From positions 1 to 45,563 of the forward strand of contig DASQLK010000088.1 in the NCBI GenBank assembly GCA_035630055.1: DNA of 45,563 nucleotides. Reading direction: 5' to 3'. Below are positions 36,726 to 45,563 of the stretch, piece by piece. Source of the stretch: Methyloceanibacter sp. Lineage in GTDB: Bacteria > Pseudomonadota > Alphaproteobacteria > Rhizobiales > Methyloligellaceae. Under the pieces are notes generated by a model. That model worked only from the letters and a program-made list of their open reading frames with translations. It ran no database searches and was not told the origin of the DNA. Within the stretch, counting starts at the first letter, position 1. Each line of letters begins with the position of its first letter. The translations under genes and the position numbers were made by a program.

Positions 36726-37799
36726 CTAGCCGCCTTGCCGTGCCGCCGGCGCCTGCTGGGCGCGCTGCTGCGCCGGCCGGCCGGCGATCCGCACCTGCAT
36801 CCCGTCGGCGACCTTGACGACACCTTCGGTAACGATCCGCTCGCCCTGGCGCAGGCCTTGCACGATCTCGATCCGGCCGTTCATCCTGACCCCGGTGCGC
36901 ACCGCCCGCCGCCGCGCCCGGCTCTGCCCGTCGAGGACGTAGACGAAGCGCTGATCGCCCTCGCCCACCACCGCAAGCTCGGGCACCGAAAGCCCGACGC
37001 GCGGCGCGTTCTCGATGCCGACGTTGAGCATCATCCCGGGTCGCAGCCGCCGTCCGGGATTGGGCAGCCGCGCCCGGATCGTGACCGCGCGGGTATTGGG
37101 ATCGACGACGGTATCGACGGTGTGGATGGTGCCGTTGAACGGCTGTTCGGGATAAGCGGCCGAACGCGCCTGGATGGTGAGGCCGGGGCGGATCGAGGCC
37201 AGCATCGTTTCCGGCACGGTGAAATCGAGCTTGATCGTGTCGATGTCGCTGATCGTGACGATCTCGGTGCCCTGGCTGGCGATCGCGCCGACCGAAATGT
37301 TGCGCAGGGAGACCCAGCCGGAGAAAGGCGCGCGGATCACCCGGTCGCCGATCTGCGCCTGAGAACTCTGCGCCTGGGCGCGCGCGGCGGCGGCGGCGGC
37401 GACCCGGCTGTCATAATCGGCGCGGGTCGCGAAGCCGCGATTCTTGAGCGCCTCGACCCGCTGCAATTGCTGCTGTGCCTCGCGGGCGCGGGCCTGGACT
37501 TCGCGCAGTTCGGCGGTCTGCTGCGCCTGTTGGAGGACGGCGACGATCTGGCCGCGGCGAACGAAGCTGCCGTCGTCGAAGTTGAGCCTCACGATCCGTT
37601 CGGTGACCGGCGCCGACAGCGTCACCTGCTCGTTGGCAACCGCGGTGCCGACCGCCTCGATCCGGTCGACGAAGCGCATCGGCGAGGCGGCCTCGGCCTT
37701 GACCAGCGGCACCTGCTTCTCGCGGCCTTTCGCATCCCCGCCCCCGCAAGCCGCGAGTGCGACAGTCAGCGAAAGCAAAAAAGACAGTCTTCCCAGCAT
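36726..37799 (-). CDS. RND periplasmic adaptor (membrane fusion protein)
   Basis: LAAC lipobox, [22 protein letters not shown]. Confidence 0.92.
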   Translation of the reverse strand: MLGRLSFLLSLTVALAACGGGDAKGREKQVPLVKAEAASPMRFVDRIEAVGTAVANEQVTLSAPVTERIVRLNFDDGSFVRRGQIVAVLQQAQQTAELREVQARAREAQQQLQRVEALKNRGFATRADYDSRVAAAAAARAQAQSSQAQIGDRVIRAPFSGWVSLRNISVGAIASQGTEIVTISDIDTIKLDFTVPETMLASIRPGLTIQARSAAYPEQPFNGTIHTVDTVVDPNTRAVTIRARLPNPGRRLRPGMMLNVGIENAPRVGLSVPELAVVGEGDQRFVYVLDGQSRARRRAVRTGVRMNGRIEIVQGLRQGERIVTEGVVKVADGMQVRIAGRPAQQRAQQAPAARQGG

Positions 37800-37847
37800 G
37801 TGTGGCTCAATGCCCAAAAACCCCCGCTTGTCGAGAGCGGCCTTGTA

Positions 37848-38600
37848 TCAAACTGTCTCAATCGCATCGCCGTTCCGGGCCGCGATCAGGAATTCGACAT
37901 TGCCCTCGGGGCCGGTGATCGGGCTCTGGGTGATCCCCTCCACCGCCCAGCCGCGGCCGGCCAGCCAAGCCGAGACTTCGGCGCAGACGCGGCTATGCAC
38001 CTCGCCGTCGCGCACCACCCCGCCTTTGCCGATCTCGTCGCGCGCGGCTTCGAACTGGGGCTTGATCAGGGCCAGCAGCCGCCCGCCGGGCCTGGCGAAA
38101 TCCAGCGCGCGATCCAGCACCTTGGCGAGCGAGATGAAGCTGGCGTCGCAGGTGATGATGTCGATCGCCTCGGTGATCACTGCGTCGGTCAGATAGCGGG
38201 CGTTGGTCTGCTCGTGGACGACAACGCGCGGGTCCTGCCGAAGCGACCAGGCGAGCTGATTGGTGCCGACATCGACCGCGAACACCTTGGCCGCGCCCTT
38301 CTGGAGCAGGACATCGGTGAACCCGCCGGTCGAGCTGCCGACGTCGAGCGCGACCGCGCCGGTCACCTCCCAGCCGAAATGCGCCAGGCCATGGGCCAGC
38401 TTGATCCCTCCCCGCGACACCCAGGGATGGTCCTTGCCCCTCACCTCCAGCGCCGCGTCCGCCGCCAGCGGCTGCCCCGCCTTGTCGATCTTGCGCTCCC
38501 CTGAGAAGACCAGCCCGGCGAGGATCAGCGCCTGCGCCCGGCTCCGGCTCTCCACAAGACCGCGGTCGACGAGCAACTGATCGGCGCGCAGCTTGGCCAT
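37848..38600 (-). CDS. tlyA: TlyA-family rRNA 2'-O-methyltransferase
   Basis: S4 domain, VSRGGIKL, LDVGSSTGGFTD, DASFISL, LIKPQFE, SPITG.EGNVEF. Confidence 0.95.
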   Translation of the reverse strand: MAKLRADQLLVDRGLVESRSRAQALILAGLVFSGERKIDKAGQPLAADAALEVRGKDHPWVSRGGIKLAHGLAHFGWEVTGAVALDVGSSTGGFTDVLLQKGAAKVFAVDVGTNQLAWSLRQDPRVVVHEQTNARYLTDAVITEAIDIITCDASFISLAKVLDRALDFARPGGRLLALIKPQFEAARDEIGKGGVVRDGEVHSRVCAEVSAWLAGRGWAVEGITQSPITGPEGNVEFLIAARNGDAIETV

Positions 38601-38607
38601 GCCGCCG

Positions 38608-39300
38608 CTAGCGATTGGGCAGCCCGCGTGAGGCGCGCTCCTGGCGGATCTGCGCCTTGTTCGCCCGCACATAATCGATCAGCTGGCCCATGCCGGCGCG
38701 CTGCTCGGCGATCGCGGCGCGGCAGGGTTCACGCGGTTCGAAGCCGTTGCGGGTGGTCTCGTCCCAGGCGCGAGCGCGCTCCATCGCCGCGACCCAGGCG
38801 TCCGGATCGGCGCCGGCATATTCGTTGATCGGGGTTCCGGCGACCTCCTGCAGCGAGGCGAACAAAGCCGGCTCGGTCCCCGGCGGCAGCTCGGGATGAC
38901 AGGCGAGGCGAGAGCGATAGCGTAACTGGCCCGCATAGAACCAGAACACCGCCTCGTCCTTGCGGTCGGCCTCGAACAGCCTCGTCGCCAGCACATAGTA
39001 AAAAGAGGGATGCTGATCCGGGATGATCCGGATCAGCTCGTCCAAGGGCACCGTCTGCGCATTCACGCTGTCGTCGCACGGCTCGCGCTGGGGCCGCTGC
39101 TGCAAGCGCACCTGGACCGCGTCGATGCCGTGCGCCTGCACCGAGCAAGGGATCGGCCGCGGCGCCGTCGCGTCGGCCTGCGCCGCCCCGGATTCGGCGG
39201 CATTGGATGGGTTGTCCGCGCCAAGCGCGTCGCAGGCTGTGAGGGCGAGGGCGATCGTGGGCAAAAGCAGCCACGCCCGGTCGGCTCTATTTGGCTTCAC
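38608..39300 (-). CDS. Putative lipoprotein
   Basis: LTAC lipobox; helical domain with EAVFWFYAGQLRYR. Confidence 0.7.
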   Translation of the reverse strand: MKPNRADRAWLLLPTIALALTACDALGADNPSNAAESGAAQADATAPRPIPCSVQAHGIDAVQVRLQQRPQREPCDDSVNAQTVPLDELIRIIPDQHPSFYYVLATRLFEADRKDEAVFWFYAGQLRYRSRLACHPELPPGTEPALFASLQEVAGTPINEYAGADPDAWVAAMERARAWDETTRNGFEPREPCRAAIAEQRAGMGQLIDYVRANKAQIRQERASRGLPNR

Positions 39301-39712
39301 TGGTCATCCTTTCCAGGTCCTGCCGCAGGATTCGCCGCCGCGCTTCAAACTGCTCGAGCAGCGCAGTGAACTCCAGAATGTCCTGCGAACGGCTCGGTTC
39401 AGGTCGGCTTTCCATGGCCCGGAGCGGGTCGCCGATCTTCCCGGCCTGCACGGCCAGCTGCCGAGTCATGCGCTGGAGAGCGCCGGCGGAGGAACGCTGC
39501 CCCTCAGTGCAGCCCTCAAGGGGCATTTGCGCCAGATTATCGCTCGTGCGGGCAAATATGGCGGCGAGGCCGGCTTCGCGCGGGTTGGCACGGACCGCTT
39601 CGCTCGCCTGAACGAGCCGCTCCTGGCACGCAAGTTCGGCTGCTCGCAGATCGGCTCCGCAGGAGGGCGCAAAAACAAGCGCCGCCGCCGCAAAGCTGGC
39701 GCGTTCGATCAA
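39287..39712 (-). CDS. Hypothetical exported protein
   Basis: Overlaps dxs stop and next gene start; signal-like N-terminus. Confidence 0.55.
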   Translation of the reverse strand: MIERASFAAAALVFAPSCGADLRAAELACQERLVQASEAVRANPREAGLAAIFARTSDNLAQMPLEGCTEGQRSSAGALQRMTRQLAVQAGKIGDPLRAMESRPEPSRSQDILEFTALLEQFEARRRILRQDLERMTSEAK

Positions 39713-41634
39713 GCGCGCGCGCCCTCGACCACGCCGGCGCTATTGTGCCTCAGCGCCTTGAGCACGGTCTCGACGATCGCGTCGGCGTCGAGGCCGGCAT
39801 CCGCATATTGCTTGTCGGGCTTGTCATGCTCCTGGAAGATATCGGGCAGGCGCATCGTCCGAAGCTTCAGCCCGCCGTCGATCAGCCCGCGGTCGCTGGC
39901 CATGGTGAGGACGTGGGCGCCGAGGCCGCCGATCGCGGCCTCTTCGACCGTCACCGCGACTTCATGGGTGGTCAGCAGGCGGCGGATCAGTTCCTCGTCG
40001 AGCGGCTTGGCGAAGCGCAGATCGGCGACCGTCGTGCTCAGCCCCTTGCCGTCGAGGATGTCGGCGGCCTTCAGCGCCTCCTGAAGGCGGGTGCCGAGCG
40101 AGAGGATCGCCACCTTCTTGCCTTCGCGAACGATCCGGCCCTTGCCGATCTCGAGCTGCTCCGGAACCTCGGGCAGGGCCACGCCGGTGCCGTTGCCGCG
40201 CGGATAGCGCAGCGCGATCGGGCCGCTGTCGTGCAGCGAAGCGGTGTAGACCATGTGCACCAATTCGGCCTCGTCGGCCGCCGCCATCACCACGAAATTG
40301 GGCAAAGTGGCGAGGTAGGTGACGTCGAAACTGCCCGCGTGGGTGGCGCCGTCGGCCCCGACCAGCCCGGCCCGGTCGATCGCGAAACGGACCGGCAGAT
40401 TCTGGATGGCGACATCGTGCACGACCTGATCATAGGCGCGCTGCAGGAAGGTCGAATAGATCGCGCAGAACGGCCGCATGCCCTGCGCGGCGAGGCCGGC
40501 GGCGAAGGTCACCGCATGCTGTTCGGCGATGCCGACATCGAAGGCGCGCTCGGGATGGGCCTTGGCGAAGCGGTCGACGCCCGTCCCCGACGGCATCGCC
40601 GCGGTGATCGCGCAGATCCTGTCATCGCTCTCGGCGAGCCTGGCGAGCGCGTCGCCGAACACGTTCTGATAAGCGGGCGGCCCGGCCTCGGCCTTAACCT
40701 GCGTGCCGGTGATCACGTCGAACTTCTGGACGCCGTGATATTTGTCGGCCGCGGCCTCGGCGGGCGCATAGCCCTTGCCCTTCTTGGTGACGACATGGAC
40801 GAGCATCGGCCCGTCGGCGGCGTCGCGCACGTTCTCGAGGATCTTGACCAGCCCGTCCACGTCATGGCCGTCGACCGGGCCGACATAGTAAAAGCCCAGC
40901 TCCTCGAACAGCGTGCCGCCGGTCCACAGTCCGCGCGAATATTCCTCCATCCGTCGTGCCATCAGATGGAGTCGCTTGGGCAGCTTGCGCGCGAAGCGCT
41001 GGGCGAACCGCCGCAATGTCAGATATTTGCGCGAGGAGACCAGCCGCGCGAGATAATGGGAGAGCCCGCCGACCGGCGGCGCGATCGACATGTCGTTGTC
41101 GTTGAGGATGACGACCAGCCGGTTGCCGGCGACCTGGGCGTTGTTCATCGCCTCATAGGCCATGCCGGCGGACATCGCGCCGTCGCCGATCACCGCGATC
41201 GCCTTGCCCGGCGTCCCGGCCAGCTTGTTCGCCACCGCGAAGCCCAGAGCGGCCGAGATCGAGGTCGAGCTGTGCGCCGCCCCGAACGGGTCGTATTCGC
41301 TCTCGCTCCGCCTGGTGAAGCCGGACAGGCCGCCGCCCATGCGCAACGTCCGGATCCGCTCGCGCCGGCCGGTGACGATCTTGTGCGGGTAGCATTGATG
41401 GCCGACGTCCCAGACCAGCCGGTCGGTGGGGGTATCGAAGACATAATGGATCGCCACGGTCAGCTCGACCACGCCGAGACCGGCGCCCAGATGCCCACCC
41501 GTGACCGAGACCGCCGAAATCGTTTCCAGCCGCAGTTCGTCGGCGAATTGGCGGAGCTTGTCCTTGTCGAGCTTGCGGATGTCGGCGGGCGTCTCGACCG
41601 TGTCGAGCAGGGGCGTTTCGGGACGATCACTCAT
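39709..41634 (-). CDS. dxs: 1-deoxy-D-xylulose-5-phosphate synthase
   Basis: [52 protein letters not shown]; ATG 41634 after GGAGG. Confidence 0.97.
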   Translation of the reverse strand: MSDRPETPLLDTVETPADIRKLDKDKLRQFADELRLETISAVSVTGGHLGAGLGVVELTVAIHYVFDTPTDRLVWDVGHQCYPHKIVTGRRERIRTLRMGGGLSGFTRRSESEYDPFGAAHSSTSISAALGFAVANKLAGTPGKAIAVIGDGAMSAGMAYEAMNNAQVAGNRLVVILNDNDMSIAPPVGGLSHYLARLVSSRKYLTLRRFAQRFARKLPKRLHLMARRMEEYSRGLWTGGTLFEELGFYYVGPVDGHDVDGLVKILENVRDAADGPMLVHVVTKKGKGYAPAEAAADKYHGVQKFDVITGTQVKAEAGPPAYQNVFGDALARLAESDDRICAITAAMPSGTGVDRFAKAHPERAFDVGIAEQHAVTFAAGLAAQGMRPFCAIYSTFLQRAYDQVVHDVAIQNLPVRFAIDRAGLVGADGATHAGSFDVTYLATLPNFVVMAAADEAELVHMVYTASLHDSGPIALRYPRGNGTGVALPEVPEQLEIGKGRIVREGKKVAILSLGTRLQEALKAADILDGKGLSTTVADLRFAKPLDEELIRRLLTTHEVAVTVEEAAIGGLGAHVLTMASDRGLIDGGLKLRTMRLPDIFQEHDKPDKQYADAGLDADAIVETVLKALRHNSAGVVEGARA

Positions 41635-41739
41635 GACGGCCTCCATACGCGCCGGCAAATATGAAGTCGAACGGGAAAGGAAAGCGCACTCTTGCCGGGA
41701 AGGCTCGTCAGGAGCAAGATTGTCCAGGGGGGATTGGAC

Positions 41740-43392
41740 ATGGCGAACGAGAGCGACGCGGCGGCTGTCGAGGAGGTTGGCATCCTGCTTGTCCACGGCA
41801 TGGGCGAGCAGGAGCAGCATGCGCACCTGAAGGCCACGGCCCGGGAGTTCGGCTTCTTCCTCGATGCAACGCAGGACGTGCTGCGGCTCAGCATCGTCGA
41901 GCAGCCGGAAAAGCCTGGAATCATCGTCGTCGATGCCGCGTTCAAGCATTCGGGCGGCGGCGAGCGACGCGTGCGCTTCCATTTGCACGAGGCGTGGTGG
42001 GCCGATCTCGGGATCAGCGGCGGCGCGGGCGCGCAGCTCAAATTCTGGCTGTGGGGGCTCGGCATGTGGGCGGCCCGGGTTATCCGCAAGGGCAATCCGA
42101 GCCGCAACACCATGAAGCTGATGACCGTACCCCATTTCGGCCCCCAGAAAAGCGAGGCCAATGCAGTCGCGCCCGGCTTCTTCCGCAAGCTGCCGTCGCG
42201 GGCCATGCTGGCCGGGGCGGCGTTGCTCGCGATCCTCACCTTCTTCACCTGGTCGGCCGCGAAGCGGGTAATCGCCTTTCTGTCGAACCGTGGACCCGAT
42301 CCAAGCCTCATTTTCCTCTTCCTCGGGGACGTGATGATCTATGCCGAAGACGGCGGCCCCACCGGCGGCAGTCTTCAGGATCCCGGCCAGCCGATGCGCG
42401 CGACAATTCGCCGGCGCGTCGTCGGCAAGATGGTGGAGATGGCAGCGTATGGCTACGACCGCTGGTACATCTTCGCGCACAGCCTGGGCACCGTCCCGGC
42501 CTTCAACGCGGTGCAGGAAACCGAGCTCGCTCTGCCCAATTATTTGACTGAGGCGCAATGGAGGGGCCTGCCAAAGGCGCTCAAGACAAAGAACCCTTAT
42601 GTGCCGGCCGCTACGAAGCACGATCCTCCAAAGACGAAGCGGATGATGCCCCGCCGGCCGGCCTGGCTTGAAGACACGGACGCGATCGACCGTGTGAAGC
42701 TGTTTGCGCGCTTCCGCGGCCTCGTCACCTATGGTTCGCCACTCGATAAATTCGCGGCCTTGTGGCCCCGGGTCGTGCCGCTGAACCTACAGGCGGACGT
42801 CTTTCCTGTGGGCTGCGAGTGGGTGAACCTGCACGATCCGACCGATCCCGTGTCGGCCAGTCTCGACGCCTTCGCTCCGCCGCCGAATATCCACGATCCG
42901 AGTTTGAAACTGGCTCCGATCAAACCGCACAACGTCCCGACCCGTGCCTCGCCGATCTTCGGCCTGTCGCACATCCGCTATTTCTGTCCTCGCCGGGGCA
43001 GCCCCAATTCGATGCCGGAGGCGATCGCCGAGGCGCTGGCGGACGGGACCAGCCTGGCGCGCGCGACCGACAATGCCAAGATGACCACTGCGGAGACATG
43101 GGCGCGCGCGCTCTGGTCGCTGCTGCAGCTGATCGTGCTCGTTGCCGCGCTGACCGTTGCCGCCGCCTACGTGTTGATCCTGGTCGGCAAGGCGCTGCCC
43201 GATCAGGCGGCCGCACGCGTCCGGCAGGTGCTGGATGCGATCGACCCGAGGCTCGTCGAAATGATCCGGGGAGATTGGCCCGAAGCGCTGCTCGCCAGCG
43301 GGCTTATCCTCCTGGCGCTCGCGGCGCTGGCGATTCTCGCCTCCGGCCTGACCAGGATGGTGGCCGATCTGATCCGGCCGGCGCACAGTTGA
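41740..43392 (+). CDS. Membrane-associated alpha/beta-hydrolase-fold protein
   Basis: [13 protein letters not shown] nucleophile elbow, [15 protein letters not shown]; C-terminal TM segments. Confidence 0.72.
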   Translation: MANESDAAAVEEVGILLVHGMGEQEQHAHLKATAREFGFFLDATQDVLRLSIVEQPEKPGIIVVDAAFKHSGGGERRVRFHLHEAWWADLGISGGAGAQLKFWLWGLGMWAARVIRKGNPSRNTMKLMTVPHFGPQKSEANAVAPGFFRKLPSRAMLAGAALLAILTFFTWSAAKRVIAFLSNRGPDPSLIFLFLGDVMIYAEDGGPTGGSLQDPGQPMRATIRRRVVGKMVEMAAYGYDRWYIFAHSLGTVPAFNAVQETELALPNYLTEAQWRGLPKALKTKNPYVPAATKHDPPKTKRMMPRRPAWLEDTDAIDRVKLFARFRGLVTYGSPLDKFAALWPRVVPLNLQADVFPVGCEWVNLHDPTDPVSASLDAFAPPPNIHDPSLKLAPIKPHNVPTRASPIFGLSHIRYFCPRRGSPNSMPEAIAEALADGTSLARATDNAKMTTAETWARALWSLLQLIVLVAALTVAAAYVLILVGKALPDQAAARVRQVLDAIDPRLVEMIRGDWPEALLASGLILLALAALAILASGLTRMVADLIRPAHS

Positions 43393-43407
43393 GCGAGAAC
43401 CAAGGCG

Positions 43408-43872
43408 CTAGTCCGCCGCGCACTCCCCGCAGCGTCCGCGTACCTCGATCACCGGCCGGTCGGCGGTAAAGCCGGCCGCCTTCGCCGCCGCCCGAACCCC
43501 GCCGGTAATCGCGTCGTCGTCGATATGCTTGGCCTGGCCGCAATGATCGCAGATCAGGAAGATGCAGTCGTGCAGGCAATCGGGGTGATCGTTGGCGATA
43601 TAGGCGTTGGCGCTCTCGACCCGGCTGGCGAGGTTCGCGCCGACGAACAGGTCGAGGATCCGGTAGACGCTGTTGGCCGCGACCCGGCGGCCCTGCGCGC
43701 TCGAAACCTTCTCGGCGATGTCATAGGCCGAAGCGGGCTTGTCGAAGCCGGCGAGCGCTTCAAAGACGGCGGCGCGCATCGGCGTCCATTGCTCGCCGGA
43801 GCGTTCCATGGTGCCCTTGGCGGCGTCGGCGAGAGCCGGACCCTGGTGGCTGTGATGATGATGTGCGGCCAT
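43408..43872 (-). CDS. zur: Fur-family regulator, Zur-like
   Basis: His-rich N-terminus, SAYDI, NSVYRILD, CDHC and CGEC; Zur box upstream of the operon. Confidence 0.85.
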   Translation of the reverse strand: MAAHHHHSHQGPALADAAKGTMERSGEQWTPMRAAVFEALAGFDKPASAYDIAEKVSSAQGRRVAANSVYRILDLFVGANLASRVESANAYIANDHPDCLHDCIFLICDHCGQAKHIDDDAITGGVRAAAKAAGFTADRPVIEVRGRCGECAAD

Positions 43873-43929
43873 GAATGCGGATGTAAGCGCTTGGCGGCGG
43901 CGTAACAAGCCGCCCGCAGAGCGGTCGCC

Positions 43930-44298
43930 TCAGAGCGCCGCGCGGCGATTGAGATCGTGGCCCAAAGCGAGGACGAGCACGCCGAGCATCGAATAGACCA
44001 TCTCACCGCCGCCGTGGTCGAGCGTCAGGGCCCCCGCCATCATCCCGAGCCCAAGGCTGCCGATCGCGGACGGCATCATGAAGCCGTGCTGACGAATGCC
44101 CATGCCGAGCCCGACCGTGCCGACCAACAAGGCGGCGATCAGCCCGGCCTCGTGGAAGATCGGGTGCAACAGCAGGCCGCCCGCCGAAGCGAGTACGGTC
44201 AGCAGGACGGCGCTGGCGATGCAATGGACGAGGCAAAGGCCCGACAGGCCGATGGCCAGCCGGTCGATCGCTCCGGACCTGATTGCACTTTGCAACAT
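43930..44298 (-). CDS. MerC-domain membrane protein
   Basis: DRLAIGLSGLCLVHC, FHE, GH..N. Confidence 0.82.
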   Translation of the reverse strand: MLQSAIRSGAIDRLAIGLSGLCLVHCIASAVLLTVLASAGGLLLHPIFHEAGLIAALLVGTVGLGMGIRQHGFMMPSAIGSLGLGMMAGALTLDHGGGEMVYSMLGVLVLALGHDLNRRAAL

Positions 44299-44339
44299 GC
44301 GCGCGAATCTCCTGTCGCCCTTTATAGGCAGGTTCGACA

Positions 44340-44360
44340 GAGGTTACAATATAACATTCG
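44340..44360. promoter_or_regulatory. Zur box
   Basis: Minus strand GAATGTTATATTGTAACCTC, close to proteobacterial GAAATGTTATA-N-TATAACATTTC. Confidence 0.75.
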
Positions 44361-44392
44361 AGTTTTTGCGCGTCATCCGTTCGGCATGCAAA

Positions 44393-44420
44393 CAGCGCCA
44401 CCCGATCGGGGGTGGCGCTG
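44393..44420 (-). terminator. Intrinsic terminator of beta-helix gene
   Basis: CAGCGCCACCC / GGGTGGCGCTG 11-bp stem followed by TTT on the minus strand. Confidence 0.6.
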
Positions 44421-44474
44421 CTGGCATCGCTCGAGATGGGCGATCACGCCACCCGATCTACATGAGCACGGACC

Positions 44475-45464
44475 CTAGCTTGGATCCAGGATCGGCAGGG
44501 TGAACGCACCGTTGGTGTCGTTCTCGATAAGTCTGTTGTTGCCGAAGCTGTTGATCTGGCCTCCTCCCAGGATCGAGAGGCCGGTGGTGTTCTTGAAGAT
44601 TGTCGAGTCGGACATGAAGATCCGGGCGAAGTTGCCGTTGGAGAGCACCCCGGTGGCATGATCGGTGATGAGAGAACGGTCCACCATCAGCCTGGCGGCG
44701 GCTCCACCGACCGGCGTCAGCATCGAGATGCCGGTCGTGCTTTGCGCTATCTGACTGTCCTCGACCGTCACAAACACACCGGCGGTCGAGGGGTTGCTCG
44801 TCGTGTCGATCCGCAGAGCGATATTGGCGTTGCCCTGCAACCTGACGTGACTGAGCCGGACCCTCGCGCCTCCGGCCGCACCCGTCGGCTGGATCAATAT
44901 CCCTCCTCCGGTGGCACCGTTGCCGTTCTGGGTGATCGTGGTGTTGGTGATGAACAGACGGGCGAGGCCGCTCGGCTGAAACGAAACGCCGAAGCTGTTC
45001 GCGGCATTGAAGCGGCGAATGGCCGAATCCTCGATGTGAAGCGCGGCGCCGGAGATGAAGCGCACTCCGTTCGACGGCGGGTTGACGCCGAAGATGTCGA
45101 GCCCGCGCAAGACGACGACCGCAGTGCCCGGCGTCGCGGTCGCGCTGTCGTTGACGACGATGCCGTTACCGCCGGCGAGCGCGCCGCCCTCGGTATAGGG
45201 GCACGAAATGGTCATCGACTTGGTGATCGTCACCGCGCCGAAGCCGCCCGGATCGAGGCAGTTGATCTCGCCGCCCGCAGCGGTCTTGGAGATCGCTCCG
45301 GCGAAGGTCTTGCAGGGCGCCGTGCGGCTGCACGGATTGACGTCGTCGCCGACCCCGGAAACCCAGGTGCGAGTCGCCTGGGCGGCCGCGGGCGAGGCAA
45401 ACACAAAAGCCGTGGTCGCGGCCGCGGTGGCGAGACCGAGCCGAAGCATGGTGATCCTGTTCAT
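44475..45464 (-). CDS. Secreted right-handed parallel beta-helix protein
   Basis: Signal peptide, then QATRTWVSGVGDD.NPCSRTAPCKTFAGAISKTAAGGEI; Asn/Gly/Ile-rich repeats. Confidence 0.85.
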   Translation of the reverse strand: MNRITMLRLGLATAAATTAFVFASPAAAQATRTWVSGVGDDVNPCSRTAPCKTFAGAISKTAAGGEINCLDPGGFGAVTITKSMTISCPYTEGGALAGGNGIVVNDSATATPGTAVVVLRGLDIFGVNPPSNGVRFISGAALHIEDSAIRRFNAANSFGVSFQPSGLARLFITNTTITQNGNGATGGGILIQPTGAAGGARVRLSHVRLQGNANIALRIDTTSNPSTAGVFVTVEDSQIAQSTTGISMLTPVGGAAARLMVDRSLITDHATGVLSNGNFARIFMSDSTIFKNTTGLSILGGGQINSFGNNRLIENDTNGAFTLPILDPS

Positions 45465-45563
45465 AATTCTCCCCTTCTTTGAGCCGGGCAACTTTACTGC
45501 ATTTTGCAGATCGTAACTAGCCCGTAATCATCCCGACGAGCCCTGCTCCACCGCTCGCGCGGC

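Noticed and set aside
33565-41664. Long plus-strand ORFs 33565-35217, 35239-36729, 36735-38504, 39745-41664
   Set aside because: Antisense shadows of the RND, adaptor, tlyA and dxs genes; no motifs.
41635-42621. 970-aa dxs with N-terminal extension (apparent fusion)
   Set aside because: Extension is antisense to the plus-strand hydrolase; DXS starts at 41634 with a good RBS.
43930-44298. Mercury resistance locus
   Set aside because: No merA, merR, merT or merP.
1-45563. CRISPR array, rRNA, IS transposase
   Set aside because: No regularly spaced repeats, rRNA-like sequence or transposase motifs seen.

Overview
High-GC alphaproteobacterial chromosome segment; gene content points to Sphingomonadaceae (inference). 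Host genes flank a ~22.3 kb integrative mobilisable element (IME, 7774-30096) inserted in the 3' end of a tRNA-Gln(TTG) and bounded by a 14-bp direct repeat, TGGCTGGGGCGGCA. The left flank carries a GGDEF-EAL protein, a LodA/LodB-like CTQ oxidase pair followed by an ALDH7-type dehydrogenase, and DUF72. The element encodes MobC, a relaxase, a VirD4-like coupling protein, a MOBP-like oriT candidate, a large serine recombinase, SOS-linked genes and a tightly coupled five-gene operon: m4C-type methyltransferase, BglII-fold protein lacking its catalytic acids, ParB-like protein, SNF2 ATPase and DUF3883 nuclease. That operon has a LexA box upstream and is the best candidate for an undescribed defence system. 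A second notable feature is that the att core lies inside the recombinase ORF: joining the element ends by hand gives the recombinase a new C-terminus whose stop codon overlaps the mobC start (ATGA). The right flank is mostly housekeeping: ilvE, proC, YbjN, ubiK, tspO, an RND pump, tlyA, dxs, a Zur/MerC pair with a Zur box, and a beta-helix protein. All calls come from reading motifs by eye; no searches were run.
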